Origin: a virus
Taxonomy: Duplodnaviria > Caudoviricetes
DNA length: 64,000 nt
Virus record (IMG/VR): IMGVR_UViG_2848732850_000001
Location: 2,123 to 66,122 of that record
Reading direction: 5' to 3' (one strand)
The position numbers and the translations under genes are program-made. Shown here in pieces: positions 1-9,755 of the stretch (position 1 is the first letter of the stretch; each line of letters begins with the position of its first letter). The notes under the pieces are model-generated. The model had not been told where the DNA came from and ran no database searches. It was given only the letters and a program-made list of their open reading frames with translations.

Positions 1-12
1 ATTGCTTCGTTT

Positions 13-252
13 ATGAACGAGAAAGGCGAATGTTACCCGACACAAGCACAAATCGCAAAGGGTCTCGGAGTAAGCCGACAAGCTGCAGGAAAGCGAATTC
101 GAAAGTTACTTGAATATCGATGGCAGGGACGTCCATTAGTTACGGCGGTGCAGGATAGAGCAAGAGACGGTACGTGGGATAATACGAGGTATACCGTGTT
201 GCCGATAAGCCAAATTCGAATATTTGACGCTGAACCAGAGGAGTTAACATAG
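13..252 (+). CDS. Winged-HTH replication-initiator-like protein, C-terminal part (5' truncated by window edge)
   Basis: CYPTQAQIAKGLGVSRQAAGKRIRKL HTH_36-like motif, then a wing ending NTRYTV. Confidence 0.7.
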   Translation: MNEKGECYPTQAQIAKGLGVSRQAAGKRIRKLLEYRWQGRPLVTAVQDRARDGTWDNTRYTVLPISQIRIFDAEPEELT

Positions 253-506
253 CTGTCCATGCAACCTGTAGTCACGTAGTCTATAGCCACCATGGGTGTA
301 GGTTGCACTAACAAGAACTATGTTTTAACAAGAACTAGTATTTTAACAAGAAAAGATACCAGCGCTAAAAAATTAGACGTAATTAAGTACCTTTTCGGAG
401 TAAGTAAAAAGAAAGAAAAACCTACGTCCTTGAAAGAAAAGCACTTTCAAGTCCGGGTCATATAATACATCCGAAAAATAACTACTATAAAGATACTTCG
501 GAAAAT
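253..506 (+). repeat. Origin-like/structured non-coding element, copy A
   Basis: Inverted repeat TGCAACCT (260-267)/AGGTTGCA (300-307); 3x TAACAAGA (309, 326, 344); AAAAGATACC; hairpin CTTGAAAG-N7-CTTTCAAG (429-451); homologous to 39880-40215. Confidence 0.7.
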
Positions 507-523
507 GCTAACTGAATAAAGGA

Positions 524-1378
524 GTGAGAAAGTTGAACGAAGTAAGAGAACAACTAAAGCAAGAGTTATCCTCCGACATCAACATAATAACAGCCGAAAT
601 AAATGCATATAAGCAAGTAGCAGGCGAAGCGATATTTGAAATAGGGAGGAGATTAAAGCATGTAAGGGATGTTATTTTCGAGGACACTATTCGGAAACAG
701 AAAGGGGACTGGCGTAATTTTCTACGTAGTGTAGATTTCGATATAACTACTGCAAAAAGATTCATCAAGGTTTATGAAGAATTCGGCGAGGATGGTGACA
801 CGTGGCACCGACTTACGATGCGTGTTCTGTACGAAATAGCCACACTCCCGCCCGAAGAACGCGACAAACCGCACACCACGTCAAAAGGCGAGCAGAAAAC
901 CCCTTCCGAAATGACCGTCCGTGAACTACGACAACTCAAAGCGGACTTAAAGCGGGCGGAGGAACAACGCAGGCAAGCCGAACAACAAGCCGAACTCGAA
1001 CGCAAGGAACGAGAGCGCCTCGAAGCATTGGCGAATAAACCGCCGGAAGTTCGCGTTGAAACGAAAACGGAATACGTAGAGCCGGATGATTACGAGGACT
1101 TGCGAAGGGAGAATGCGGAGTTGAAAAGTAAGTACGGCGTAGGGGTACGTAGGGTTAGCGGTGAAAATAGAGCGGAATTTTTCCGAGAGTTTGCGAATGA
1201 TCTTAAGTATATTTACGAAAAGTATGGGTCGGTTGTGATAGACGCATATAAACTTAACGAATTCGTAGAACAGGAGAAAGAAGTAGGCGAAAAAATCAAC
1301 GAGTTTGATGATTTTTGGAATATGTTCAGCAAGTCTGTTTTTAAAAATACTAATATTATAGAAATGGAGAGTGTTTAA
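524..1378 (+). CDS. DUF3102-like phage protein with coiled coil
   Basis: ITAEINAYKQVAGEAIFEIGRRLKHVR and LYEIATLPPEER...MTVRELR motifs. Confidence 0.7.
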   Translation: MRKLNEVREQLKQELSSDINIITAEINAYKQVAGEAIFEIGRRLKHVRDVIFEDTIRKQKGDWRNFLRSVDFDITTAKRFIKVYEEFGEDGDTWHRLTMRVLYEIATLPPEERDKPHTTSKGEQKTPSEMTVRELRQLKADLKRAEEQRRQAEQQAELERKERERLEALANKPPEVRVETKTEYVEPDDYEDLRRENAELKSKYGVGVRRVSGENRAEFFREFANDLKYIYEKYGSVVIDAYKLNEFVEQEKEVGEKINEFDDFWNMFSKSVFKNTNIIEMESV

Positions 1379-1883
1379 TATGGGATTATTTAGATCAGCG
1401 ACCAAAAACGAATTAACAGCGGTCGGGAGTTTTGATTATGAAAAGTTAGCGGAAGTAATCATCAGCAGTAATAAGGAATTAATCAACGTAATTGCTGCAT
1501 CAATCAGTCAGTCAATTTCGCAAGAATTCAGCAAACTGTTAAACTCTACCAATCTACTAAGCGAAGATACAACGCGGGACACTAAACATAATTATATGGT
1601 AAGCAACGTTAATAATCTAAGTGATAAGAAAACTGCTGATGAGATTCTGGCAACGCTTTTCGGAAATATGCCCAAACAACATGCATCAAGACTACGCCCG
1701 TTCTATACGTATTTAGAGCAGATAACGTCGGCACCGTTATCAAAGTTCCACGAGGAAAGAGTCGCACATTTACCTAATAGAGGAGACAGCAAATATCCGT
1801 ACCGCAAAATGGACTCGATACTTATGGTATTAGATCCTACGTTAGTATTCGAAGAAGCGAAAAAATACGAATTTAAAAAATAA
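1371..1883 (+). CDS. Hypothetical phage protein
   Basis: 170-aa ORF overlapping the upstream gene end. Confidence 0.6.
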   Translation: MFNMGLFRSATKNELTAVGSFDYEKLAEVIISSNKELINVIAASISQSISQEFSKLLNSTNLLSEDTTRDTKHNYMVSNVNNLSDKKTADEILATLFGNMPKQHASRLRPFYTYLEQITSAPLSKFHEERVAHLPNRGDSKYPYRKMDSILMVLDPTLVFEEAKKYEFKK

Positions 1884-1901
1884 GGAAGGGGACGAATAAA
1901 C

Positions 1902-2216
1902 ATGCCGTTAAATATCCGAATCAACGAAAACTACCGAATTACATCCGACAACTTTAACGTTATTTTACGAAAGCGAAAGCTCGTAGACCCAACGAAAGCA
2001 CCGAACTGGCAACAACGCAAAGCCAACGGAGCATCCCCGGAAATCACCGTCAAGTGGGAGGACGTCGGATATTATCCGAAAATAGAGCAGGCGATTAACG
2101 ACGTAGTCAACAAAACGGTACTCGATTCAAACGCCGAAACAATTACGCAGCTGCTTGACGAAATAAGCCAAATTAGACGGCAAATTAACGAGGTTCTAAC
2201 GCAACATGACGAATAG
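1902..2216 (+). CDS. Conserved phage protein (DUF5405-like)
   Basis: I.INENYRITSD.FNVIL...GYY motif; RBS GGAAGGGG. Confidence 0.6.
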   Translation: MPLNIRINENYRITSDNFNVILRKRKLVDPTKAPNWQQRKANGASPEITVKWEDVGYYPKIEQAINDVVNKTVLDSNAETITQLLDEISQIRRQINEVLTQHDE

Positions 2217-2291
2217 TATTCAGCGGTGATAGAACGGCTCACAGGCTTTTAAAATTAAACGAGGAGGAGACGAGGTAATGTCGATTAAACA

Positions 2292-2648
2292 ATGCTAACG
2301 AAACAACAACTCGAAGAAATAGCGGAAAGAGCGAGCATGGCTACGGAAGGTCCGTGGGGAATCGCAGATACATCGGACGGAGCGTGGATTGTGGACGAGA
2401 GCGGCGACATTATCACTGGAACAACCGAACGCTTATCAGACGCAAACTTCATCGCCCACGCCCGAGAAGATGTACTGAATTTACTCGAACACGTTTCGAA
2501 ACAAAAGACGGAGATTGAGCAATTGAGAAACGAAATGTTAGATACTATCGGTTATGTAATGGGTGTGATGGAGGAGAATCGGCAGGTAGATAAATATCTA
2601 GATCGTGTGATCGATATGCTAATGGGGGCGTTATATAATGACGAATAA
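2292..2648 (+). CDS. Ead/Ea22-like phage protein
   Basis: ATEGPW...DANFIAHAREDV motif. Confidence 0.65.
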   Translation: MLTKQQLEEIAERASMATEGPWGIADTSDGAWIVDESGDIITGTTERLSDANFIAHAREDVLNLLEHVSKQKTEIEQLRNEMLDTIGYVMGVMEENRQVDKYLDRVIDMLMGALYNDE

Positions 2649-2684
2649 AATCGACTTACTATACGGAAAGGAGAGCGAGCGAGT

Positions 2685-3104
2685 ATGACGAAACCAACCA
2701 CGAAAGACTGGCGCAACCTACCGATAGAACGCTGGAACGTAACGACATTTACCGAATATTTACGGGATAAACACAAAGAAATGTTCGGAATTGAGTACGT
2801 ACCTTACCGAAGCTGGCGCGTAGAACAAGGGTTACTCGGAAACCTAATCGGAACACGAGCGAAGCCACAAACGGAAGATAAAGCGCTAGTAAAGCGATTC
2901 ATTGACGAAGCATTCTCCGAGTATCGCCCTAATCCGAAATATCCGGGCGTTAGTTTCGGCTGGTGCTGGACGTATAAAAAACCGACATGGCAACGGGTAA
3001 AGGCGGAGTATTTAGCGGAACAGAAAGCGGGAGAGCAGGCAGAAGAAGAAACGCAAGGCAACGTAGGCAAGCTCGATATGGACGACGTGCTGGACTGGCT
3101 GTAA
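2685..3104 (+). CDS. Conserved phage replication-region protein
   Basis: 139-aa ORF with strong RBS upstream of the loader/helicase cluster. Confidence 0.65.
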   Translation: MTKPTTKDWRNLPIERWNVTTFTEYLRDKHKEMFGIEYVPYRSWRVEQGLLGNLIGTRAKPQTEDKALVKRFIDEAFSEYRPNPKYPGVSFGWCWTYKKPTWQRVKAEYLAEQKAGEQAEEETQGNVGKLDMDDVLDWL

Positions 3105-3139
3105 GGGACGATAAACAAACGAAAAGGGGAGCGGATAGT

Positions 3140-3505
3140 GTGGGTATTGATTATTTAGTTTGTGAAGTATGTGGCGAAGGATTCCCGGATGTAATGGAAT
3201 ACGGATTCTGCGGTAATTGCGAGGCAACCTTATGCGAAGATTGCTTTGCTGATATGCAAGTAAAATACGGAGAAATAGGCGAAGATCACGAACAAGCTTG
3301 TAATGTCGGAGAGTTTGCACCTAATAAGTGTGACGAGTGTACGAAACCGAAAATTGATACGAAAAAGTTTGAAACGTTTATGTATTACCTCGCTAAGGAC
3401 GAAGTCAAGCCGGAGTTTCTTAAACGCGCAGACTTAACATTAGAAGATTATGAGTCTATTAAGAAGTACCTCGAATTTACTTACGGAATTAATATGTATT
3501 TATAA
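3140..3505 (+). CDS. Cys-rich (CxxC x4) zinc-binding hypothetical protein
   Basis: RBS AAGGGGAG before GTG 3140; CEVC, CGNC, CEDC, CDEC. Confidence 0.6.
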   Translation: MGIDYLVCEVCGEGFPDVMEYGFCGNCEATLCEDCFADMQVKYGEIGEDHEQACNVGEFAPNKCDECTKPKIDTKKFETFMYYLAKDEVKPEFLKRADLTLEDYESIKKYLEFTYGINMYL

Positions 3506-3518
3506 GGGAGCGGGTAGA

Positions 3519-4130
3519 ATGCTAGACTTACAAAAACCGTACTCACAGATGACGACGGATGAGTTGGCGGAGTTGCAAAAGAGTATTGCGAAGTACATTG
3601 CGTATAAAGCACGCGAGGAGGCAGGCGGAAAAGAGCCGGAAAGTATATTCGACCAATGGGACGAAACAGGCGGGCAAGTCGACTGTGATACGGACGTAAA
3701 ACAAGCATTACAGGCGGAAAGAGATCGTATTGTTGCGCAGGCTAAGTCATTTGTCGTCAGTATATTAAATCACCCGACATTTCGAGTAGAGTTCGTTGTT
3801 AACAGAGAAAAACGCACAGTAGTCGCGTTGTTAAGACGGTATTTTACGTACAGAGTACACGCAAGAGGTATCGCAAAATGCCATCCGGACGATTGTTTTA
3901 ACGAACATATCGGCAAGTATATAGCGCTACTTAGGGCGTGCGGAAATACGGTTGCTGACGAGTATTTGTACACGCCACAGCCTACGGAAGTTAGGGTTGA
4001 TGTCGTTGTAGAATATTACGGTAACATCGGCATAGTAGATGAAAGAAGCGTTAAGGCGTACAACAACGCCGAAGGGGTAAAGATAATCGACGACTCCGAC
4101 TCGACACCGCCGGAAGGGGACGACGTATAA
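3519..4130 (+). CDS. Hypothetical phage protein
   Basis: RBS AGGGAG before ATG 3519; GIAKCHPDDCFNEHIGKYIAL motif seen in Bacillus phages. Confidence 0.65.
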   Translation: MLDLQKPYSQMTTDELAELQKSIAKYIAYKAREEAGGKEPESIFDQWDETGGQVDCDTDVKQALQAERDRIVAQAKSFVVSILNHPTFRVEFVVNREKRTVVALLRRYFTYRVHARGIAKCHPDDCFNEHIGKYIALLRACGNTVADEYLYTPQPTEVRVDVVVEYYGNIGIVDERSVKAYNNAEGVKIIDDSDSTPPEGDDV

Positions 4131-4343
4131 ATGGGCAACAACGAACAAACTACGACATTAAAAGGCGTAACGTTCGGTTCTGACGAGTACATCCGCATAG
4201 CTAAATACGTAGAAAAACGCGGGGAGGTATCGGAAGCACTCGAGCGATTAGATGAAGCAGTCGGAGATATTGTTGGGTTGTTGCCGGAAATGACACGTGA
4301 CGAGCGTATTAGAGCCGGCGAGATTATCGAGCAGTTAATATAA
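4131..4343 (+). CDS. Hypothetical protein
   Basis: Abuts upstream stop; RBS present. Confidence 0.55.
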   Translation: MGNNEQTTTLKGVTFGSDEYIRIAKYVEKRGEVSEALERLDEAVGDIVGLLPEMTRDERIRAGEIIEQLI

Positions 4344-4364
4344 ATTTAAGCGGAGGTGGGTTGA

Positions 4365-4772
4365 ATGAGAGAAATTAAATTAAGAGGTTATGCTGTCGAG
4401 GAAATGGTTGGCTCTCAATGGCTATACGGCACAGGAATACATGTATCGACCTTCACTGATGAATTTTTCAAAGAAACAGGAATAAAAGAAGAGGTATATT
4501 TATGGACTGATTCAGGCTGGATTGAAGTTTATAAAAGATCAGTTGGTCAATACACAGGGCAAAAAGATAAAAATGGCAAGGAGATATATGAGGGGGATGT
4601 TTGGGATGGTTATAAATTTTTATTAGTAAGGTATAACCAAGATTACGCAGGATTTGAGCCGTTTGTAAATGACGGTGGTTGCGGGTGTTGTGCGGCTGGT
4701 GATGTTGGGCAGACGGCGGAGCATGGAGAGGTAATCGGAAATAAATTCGAACATCCTCACTTACTCGGCTAG
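4365..4772 (+). CDS. YopX family protein
   Basis: MREIKLRG...VGQYTG.KDKNGKEIYEGD...EVIGN.FEHP.LL signature. Confidence 0.9.
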   Translation: MREIKLRGYAVEEMVGSQWLYGTGIHVSTFTDEFFKETGIKEEVYLWTDSGWIEVYKRSVGQYTGQKDKNGKEIYEGDVWDGYKFLLVRYNQDYAGFEPFVNDGGCGCCAAGDVGQTAEHGEVIGNKFEHPHLLG

Positions 4773-4788
4773 AAAGGAGCGATAAAAC

Positions 4789-5532
4789 TTGCGGAATCAA
4801 TGCTTACTAAACGAAGTAACGACGGAAGCCTGCACGCCTCACTCCGCCTTGCACGTCGCATTTCACGGTACAAGCGGAACAGGCGGACGACTTGGCGCAG
4901 CTAACGTACCACCAGATTATCGGCACGTAACGGTGTCAAACTCGCCTGCCCGCGCTGACCAAGCGAAAGTATATACGGTGGTTGATCAGTATATTGTAAC
5001 GTTCAGCCGACAGTTTGACGAAGAAGCCGAACGTATAAAGTCCGTCTACTTACACAGCGAAGAACCCGGCACGGGGAAAACAACGACAGCAGTCGCAATA
5101 CTAAACGCTTGGCTTGTCGTACATTACGTCGGCTCTATTCAACGCGGATTACAGCCGAAGCAACGTCCTGCATACTTCCTCGACGCACACGCATTACAGC
5201 AAGACTACAACGCATTTAACCGACCACGTGTGCCTGACTCAATCGCTAATCCGGCAGGCGAACGTTACTACAACGCCATTATGCGAGCAAAGGAAGCGCC
5301 TTTTGCGGTGATTGACGACCTAGCTACACGAAGCACAAGCGAGGCATTTGTGGCGGACTTACACGGCGTGATTAATGCGAGAGTGACTAGCGGAAAGCCA
5401 ACGGTATATACGTCAAACGTAGCGGTTGATAAACTGCCAATAGTTTTCGGCGAACGAAGGCTTGCCGACAGAATTGCCGATCAGTGCCTTACGTTACATT
5501 TCGGAGGGAAATCGAAAAGGGGGATGCGATAA
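4789..5532 (+). CDS. DnaC/IstB-like AAA+ helicase loader
   Basis: Walker A PGTGKTT, Walker B VIDD, YTSN, RLADRI. Confidence 0.88.
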   Translation: MRNQCLLNEVTTEACTPHSALHVAFHGTSGTGGRLGAANVPPDYRHVTVSNSPARADQAKVYTVVDQYIVTFSRQFDEEAERIKSVYLHSEEPGTGKTTTAVAILNAWLVVHYVGSIQRGLQPKQRPAYFLDAHALQQDYNAFNRPRVPDSIANPAGERYYNAIMRAKEAPFAVIDDLATRSTSEAFVADLHGVINARVTSGKPTVYTSNVAVDKLPIVFGERRLADRIADQCLTLHFGGKSKRGMR

Positions 5533-6126
5533 TTGCGAACTAACTTATTAACGTTATCACTCGGCGGGGTATTTGTCGCACTTTACGGGCTGTCAAAGCT
5601 AGGTGAGCAGAGGAAGCAACAACCGAAACCCGAACGCGACTGGACGAAAGATTATACGATTACTATTGAGCCCGCACCGAGATTCGACGCACCTATGTAT
5701 GAGGTTGGCAACGAAGTGTTTATATACAACCCTTACGAAGACGGGTACTACGCACAGTATGATAATGTGTCGCCTACTCTGTACGAGATAATAGACGTTA
5801 AGTACGACGACGAGGAAGGCGTTTATAGATACCGATTGGAAAACGGCTCACCAACCGATTGGTACTCGGAGGATTGGCTTAGCCTGCCGATACATACGAC
5901 GTTTATTCGTAATTTAAACGAGAAAAAGTCGGAATATAATCGCGTTAACCCTACGCCAGAAATGATCGAAGCAGAACGGAAGATTATCGATAAAGCAATG
6001 GACGACATGGCGAGGAAGGCTACGGTGGATGCGCTGTTAGATCGGATGAATGCGGGGGACGCGGAGGAAAGACGCGAAGCTATGCGGAAATTATCGGAAC
6101 TTACTACGAAGGAGGAATCGGAATGA
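5533..6126 (+). CDS. Hypothetical protein with N-terminal hydrophobic segment
   Basis: 197-aa ORF translationally coupled to neighbours. Confidence 0.6.
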   Translation: MRTNLLTLSLGGVFVALYGLSKLGEQRKQQPKPERDWTKDYTITIEPAPRFDAPMYEVGNEVFIYNPYEDGYYAQYDNVSPTLYEIIDVKYDDEEGVYRYRLENGSPTDWYSEDWLSLPIHTTFIRNLNEKKSEYNRVNPTPEMIEAERKIIDKAMDDMARKATVDALLDRMNAGDAEERREAMRKLSELTTKEESE

Positions 6127-6920
6127 CAGATAAAGAACGGTTGGAAAAGATAAAAGTCAAATACAATGCTGGCAATGCTGGGAAATTAGGGGAATTCATA
6201 GATTTAAAATTAGTTAATCCGTATGATTTGAAATACCTAATCGAGCGAGTACAGGAGTTGGAGAAAGATATAGATGAATGGGAAATAGTTAATGATTCCT
6301 GGGAAGAAATAAACACGAGTTTAGCAAAACAAAACAAACGCTATCGCGAAGCGATTGAATATGCGCATGGAGAATTAAAAAATAGCCCAAGACTTAGTTT
6401 AGAAGCTTTAGAAGCGATGGAAATATTAGGCGATGCATTGGAGGGTGAGGAATGAAGGATTACGAAACGAAAGGTATAGGCGGATTTATTGTATGCAAGG
6501 AGCACGCTAGGTCACGATGCGCCGAATGCGCTTATATTGAAGAATTGAAGGAAATACAACGTAAGTATTGGTGTGCGTATTACGGAATTAAGGCGGAATT
6601 GGATAAAGCCGAAACAATGCTCAAAGAAGCCAAACATCCGTTAGCGAAAACGGAATGGCAGTCATACAAAGACGGCATACAAATGGCGTTAAAACTATTA
6701 GACGCGGAGGACGACGAAAATGAGTGACGGATATACCTACGCACTATATAAAGACGGGAGTATTTACGGAACAGCGTCAAGTCCGCAGTATATGACCGAA
6801 CTATTTTGGGATTACGTCGAATTAATGGATATGTACGGCAAGCAACACGTAAGGTTTGACGTAGTTAAAGTCAGTGGCAAAGGCGAGTTAAAACCGCACT
6901 TAGACGAAAAGGAGGAATAG
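6123..6920 (+). CDS. Three small coupled hypothetical ORFs (6123-6455, 6452-6727, ~6720-6920)
   Basis: ATGA-type overlaps and RBSs. Confidence 0.55.
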
Positions 6921-6924
6921 CCGA

Positions 6925-8271
6925 ATGCCTAACTTCGGAGAACAGTTTTTATCGCGAGTACTTGACGATGGAACAACGCAATCCATCCGCAACTACTCGA
7001 TAGAACAACGCGACTTTGACACGCAAACGGAGCGGGAAGTATTCAACTTTATCTCCGATTATGCAAAAGAAAACGGCGGGAAAGCGCCAGACTACCGGAC
7101 AGTGGTCGAACAGTTTCCCGACTTTTATTACCGAGAGGGAGTGACGGACAGTTATTCGTGGCTGGCTAAGCAAATTAAGCAACAATCGGCTAAGCGTCAA
7201 TTTATGGAGTACCTTAACAGTCCGGATACGCAAAAGAGATTTTCGGAAATGGATGGATTTTCTTTCCTAGAGGACTTGCAAAAAAATGTCGAATCTATTA
7301 CAATTAGAACAGGTGTTCGGGATAAGGCAGGAACAAGCATTAAAAATGACACCGAAAAGATAAAAGAGGAGTATTTCCGCAGGAAACGCGGCGAGTCATT
7401 TAAGATATGGCAAAGCAATTATTCGATCATTAACGACATAGGCGGCGGATACGTCTCGTCGAATATATACGTACCATACGGCAAGTCCGGACGAGGCAAG
7501 TCAGCGGTTACTCTGTACGAAGCGTTACACCTCGCGGAACAAGGCGCAACCGTGCTTATATGGTCGATGGAAATGGGCTGGTACGAGGTAATGGTGCGAT
7601 TATTCGTCTATATGTCCGCAAAGCAAGGCGTGACTAAGGCGGAGATAGACGGAGAAGTATTAGAGGCAGGATTTGAGTCGAGAGGAATCCGGCAAGGCTC
7701 GCTTTCCGAAGATTTTGAGCGTGAATTCCTCGACTTTATCGACTACATACATACGGACTTACAAGGAGACTTAATCGTCCGTGGCGTAGACGACGAAGAC
7801 TTTATGCGGAGAGACTTGCGTCAGTTAGAGTCGGAAATCGCAATAAACGATGCGGACGTAGTCGTAATAGATCCGTTTTATTATCTTGACTACGAAAAAA
7901 ACGTATCACGGAAAACCGGCGGAGACGCCGAGGAAACGTCTAAAGCATTGCGTAGACTAGCAGGACGGACTAAGACGGTTGTGTTTGCGATTACGCAAGC
8001 AGAGGAAACAACGGAAGAGAAAGACGAAGATGGTACGCGTGAAATCAAACTACCAGAGAGGGCTCACGTAAAGAAAACGAAGCAGCTTCTGGAGGACGCG
8101 GCAATGCTAATTCCGATTGACACTAACTATAAAGAGGGACGTGGATTAGTCGGAATTAACAAAGGACGTGACGGCGGAGAGGGCGAACAGTGCGAAATTA
8201 CGTACTTGCCGCAGATCGGGGTTATTCGAGAACTTGTCGTTGACGTCAATGCCTTTACGAAACAATTTTAA
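6925..8271 (+). CDS. DnaB-like (SF4) replicative helicase
   Basis: GKSGRGKS Walker A, SMEM, VVIDP, ITQ, KGRDG. Confidence 0.93.
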   Translation: MPNFGEQFLSRVLDDGTTQSIRNYSIEQRDFDTQTEREVFNFISDYAKENGGKAPDYRTVVEQFPDFYYREGVTDSYSWLAKQIKQQSAKRQFMEYLNSPDTQKRFSEMDGFSFLEDLQKNVESITIRTGVRDKAGTSIKNDTEKIKEEYFRRKRGESFKIWQSNYSIINDIGGGYVSSNIYVPYGKSGRGKSAVTLYEALHLAEQGATVLIWSMEMGWYEVMVRLFVYMSAKQGVTKAEIDGEVLEAGFESRGIRQGSLSEDFEREFLDFIDYIHTDLQGDLIVRGVDDEDFMRRDLRQLESEIAINDADVVVIDPFYYLDYEKNVSRKTGGDAEETSKALRRLAGRTKTVVFAITQAEETTEEKDEDGTREIKLPERAHVKKTKQLLEDAAMLIPIDTNYKEGRGLVGINKGRDGGEGEQCEITYLPQIGVIRELVVDVNAFTKQF

Positions 8272-8317
8272 CCAAGGTAAACTCTTCCAAACTTTACCAC
8301 TAGAAAGGGGTTACATA

Positions 8318-9295
8318 ATGCCGATATTAAAAATAGGCGGCGTTGAAGCTGATGTGGACATCCGCGAGGAACTCGAACAATTTCCGTGGCATCGCCCGCG
8401 TTGGGCTTCGGACAAGTTAATCGCTGCCAGCCCGTTTAGGTACGACAATACCCCGTCATTTTTCGTCAATTTAGACGGAGAGTACGCAGGTACGTGGGCG
8501 GACAGCGGGGCATATGACGCCGATTACGAGTCGGGAAATTTCGTTAAGTTGCTGGCGTTTCTGCGCGACGAAACCTACGAAGAAACTGCCGAGTATTTAC
8601 TTAGCACGTACGGCATAAATAGCGTAAATGCAGGCGATGATTTACGGTTACCTAAGCTACAACTACCGAAGCAAAGAAAGCCTGTAGTGCTTGCGGAAAC
8701 AACGTTAAAACCATATACCTACGAGCATCCATATTTACATAACCGAGGCATAAGCGATAAGGTACAGCGTTTTATGGGCGTTGGGTACTGCCCGCAAGCC
8801 AACGCAATTACTATTCCGTGGCGTTACGCAGATGGAAAACTGGCGAACGTTAAGTATCGCAAGGTACAAGGAAAGGCGTTTTGGTATCGAAAAGGTGCGG
8901 AGCCAGTACGACATCTCGTGTACGGCATCGATAAAGTATATCGTCATGGCTTGTCGGATGTATACATATGCGAGGCGGAGATTGACGTTATGTCGGTTTA
9001 TGCGGCGGGGTTTCCCGCGATTGCGATAGGTGGGGCGAGTATTAGCGATAAACAAATCGAGTTAATACGTAAAAGCCCGATTGAGCGTGCGATAATAGCG
9101 ACAGACAACGACAAGGCGGGCGAAAAGGTTAAACGGCAGTTGATAGACGCGTTAAAAAGTGCGGTGGAATTGCGGGAGTTAATGTGGGGCGATTCGGAGG
9201 TTAAAGACGTTAACGAGGCGTTGGTTGCCGGTAACGTGGAGACGATAAGAAAGACGCAACCGGTAGATTACGCCTTTACGTTTAGTTTTCGGTAG
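8318..9295 (+). CDS. Toprim-domain DNA primase
   Basis: SPFRYDNTPSF N-domain, ICEAEID, ATDNDKAG, KDVNE; RBS before ATG 8318. Confidence 0.9.
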   Translation: MPILKIGGVEADVDIREELEQFPWHRPRWASDKLIAASPFRYDNTPSFFVNLDGEYAGTWADSGAYDADYESGNFVKLLAFLRDETYEETAEYLLSTYGINSVNAGDDLRLPKLQLPKQRKPVVLAETTLKPYTYEHPYLHNRGISDKVQRFMGVGYCPQANAITIPWRYADGKLANVKYRKVQGKAFWYRKGAEPVRHLVYGIDKVYRHGLSDVYICEAEIDVMSVYAAGFPAIAIGGASISDKQIELIRKSPIERAIIATDNDKAGEKVKRQLIDALKSAVELRELMWGDSEVKDVNEALVAGNVETIRKTQPVDYAFTFSFR

Positions 9296-9356
9296 GTACG
9301 TTAGTTTCTACTATTTTAAGGAAACGTCGACTACACCAGCTGTATAAAACACGGTG

Positions 9357-9563
9357 TTATTCATCGTAATATATTTTAACTATGTCATCTAATCCTACTT
9401 TAAGGTATCTACAAACAGAAACTAAATGCTCTAGTTGAACACTTTTTCCCGCCTTAATGTTACGTCGTGCGTGATCAGTGAGGACTCCTAAATCAAATAG
9501 CTTGTTATAAGATAAACCTTTCTTATCTAACAAATTCTCTAATCTAACGTAAGAAAAATTCAA
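9357..9563 (-). CDS. Xre/Cro-like HTH regulator
   Basis: FSY.RL..LL.KKG...L..VCRYL.V.LDDIV pattern; RBS AGGAGGTG; own promoter TTGATT-N16-TATAAT (9585-9612, minus). Confidence 0.8.
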   Translation of the reverse strand: MNFSYVRLENLLDKKGLSYNKLFDLGVLTDHARRNIKAGKSVQLEHLVSVCRYLKVGLDDIVKIYYDE

Positions 9564-9702
9564 TTAATATCACCTCCTACATTTATTATACAATATTCAT
9601 GTAATAAATCAACACTAAAACTCAGTAAATATATGTTGACTTTCTACACAAATTGTTATAACATTAGAAGCAAGACAATGAAAATAATAAAAATAAAATT
9701 AT

Positions 9703-9743
9703 TGTCCCACTTTTAAACATCAAGGTGGCAATATGTACTAGGG
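9703..9743 (+). promoter_or_regulatory. Putative phage-specific promoter/operator motif, copy 1
   Basis: TGTCCCACTTT-N11-GTGGCAATATGTACTAGGG; near-identical arms and the same spacing at 23670-23710. Confidence 0.65.
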
Positions 9744-9755
9744 GAGGAAAACAAA

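Noticed and set aside
2987-3139. N-terminal extension of ORF 2987-3505
   Set aside because: Overlaps the upstream gene; the RBS supports a start at 3140
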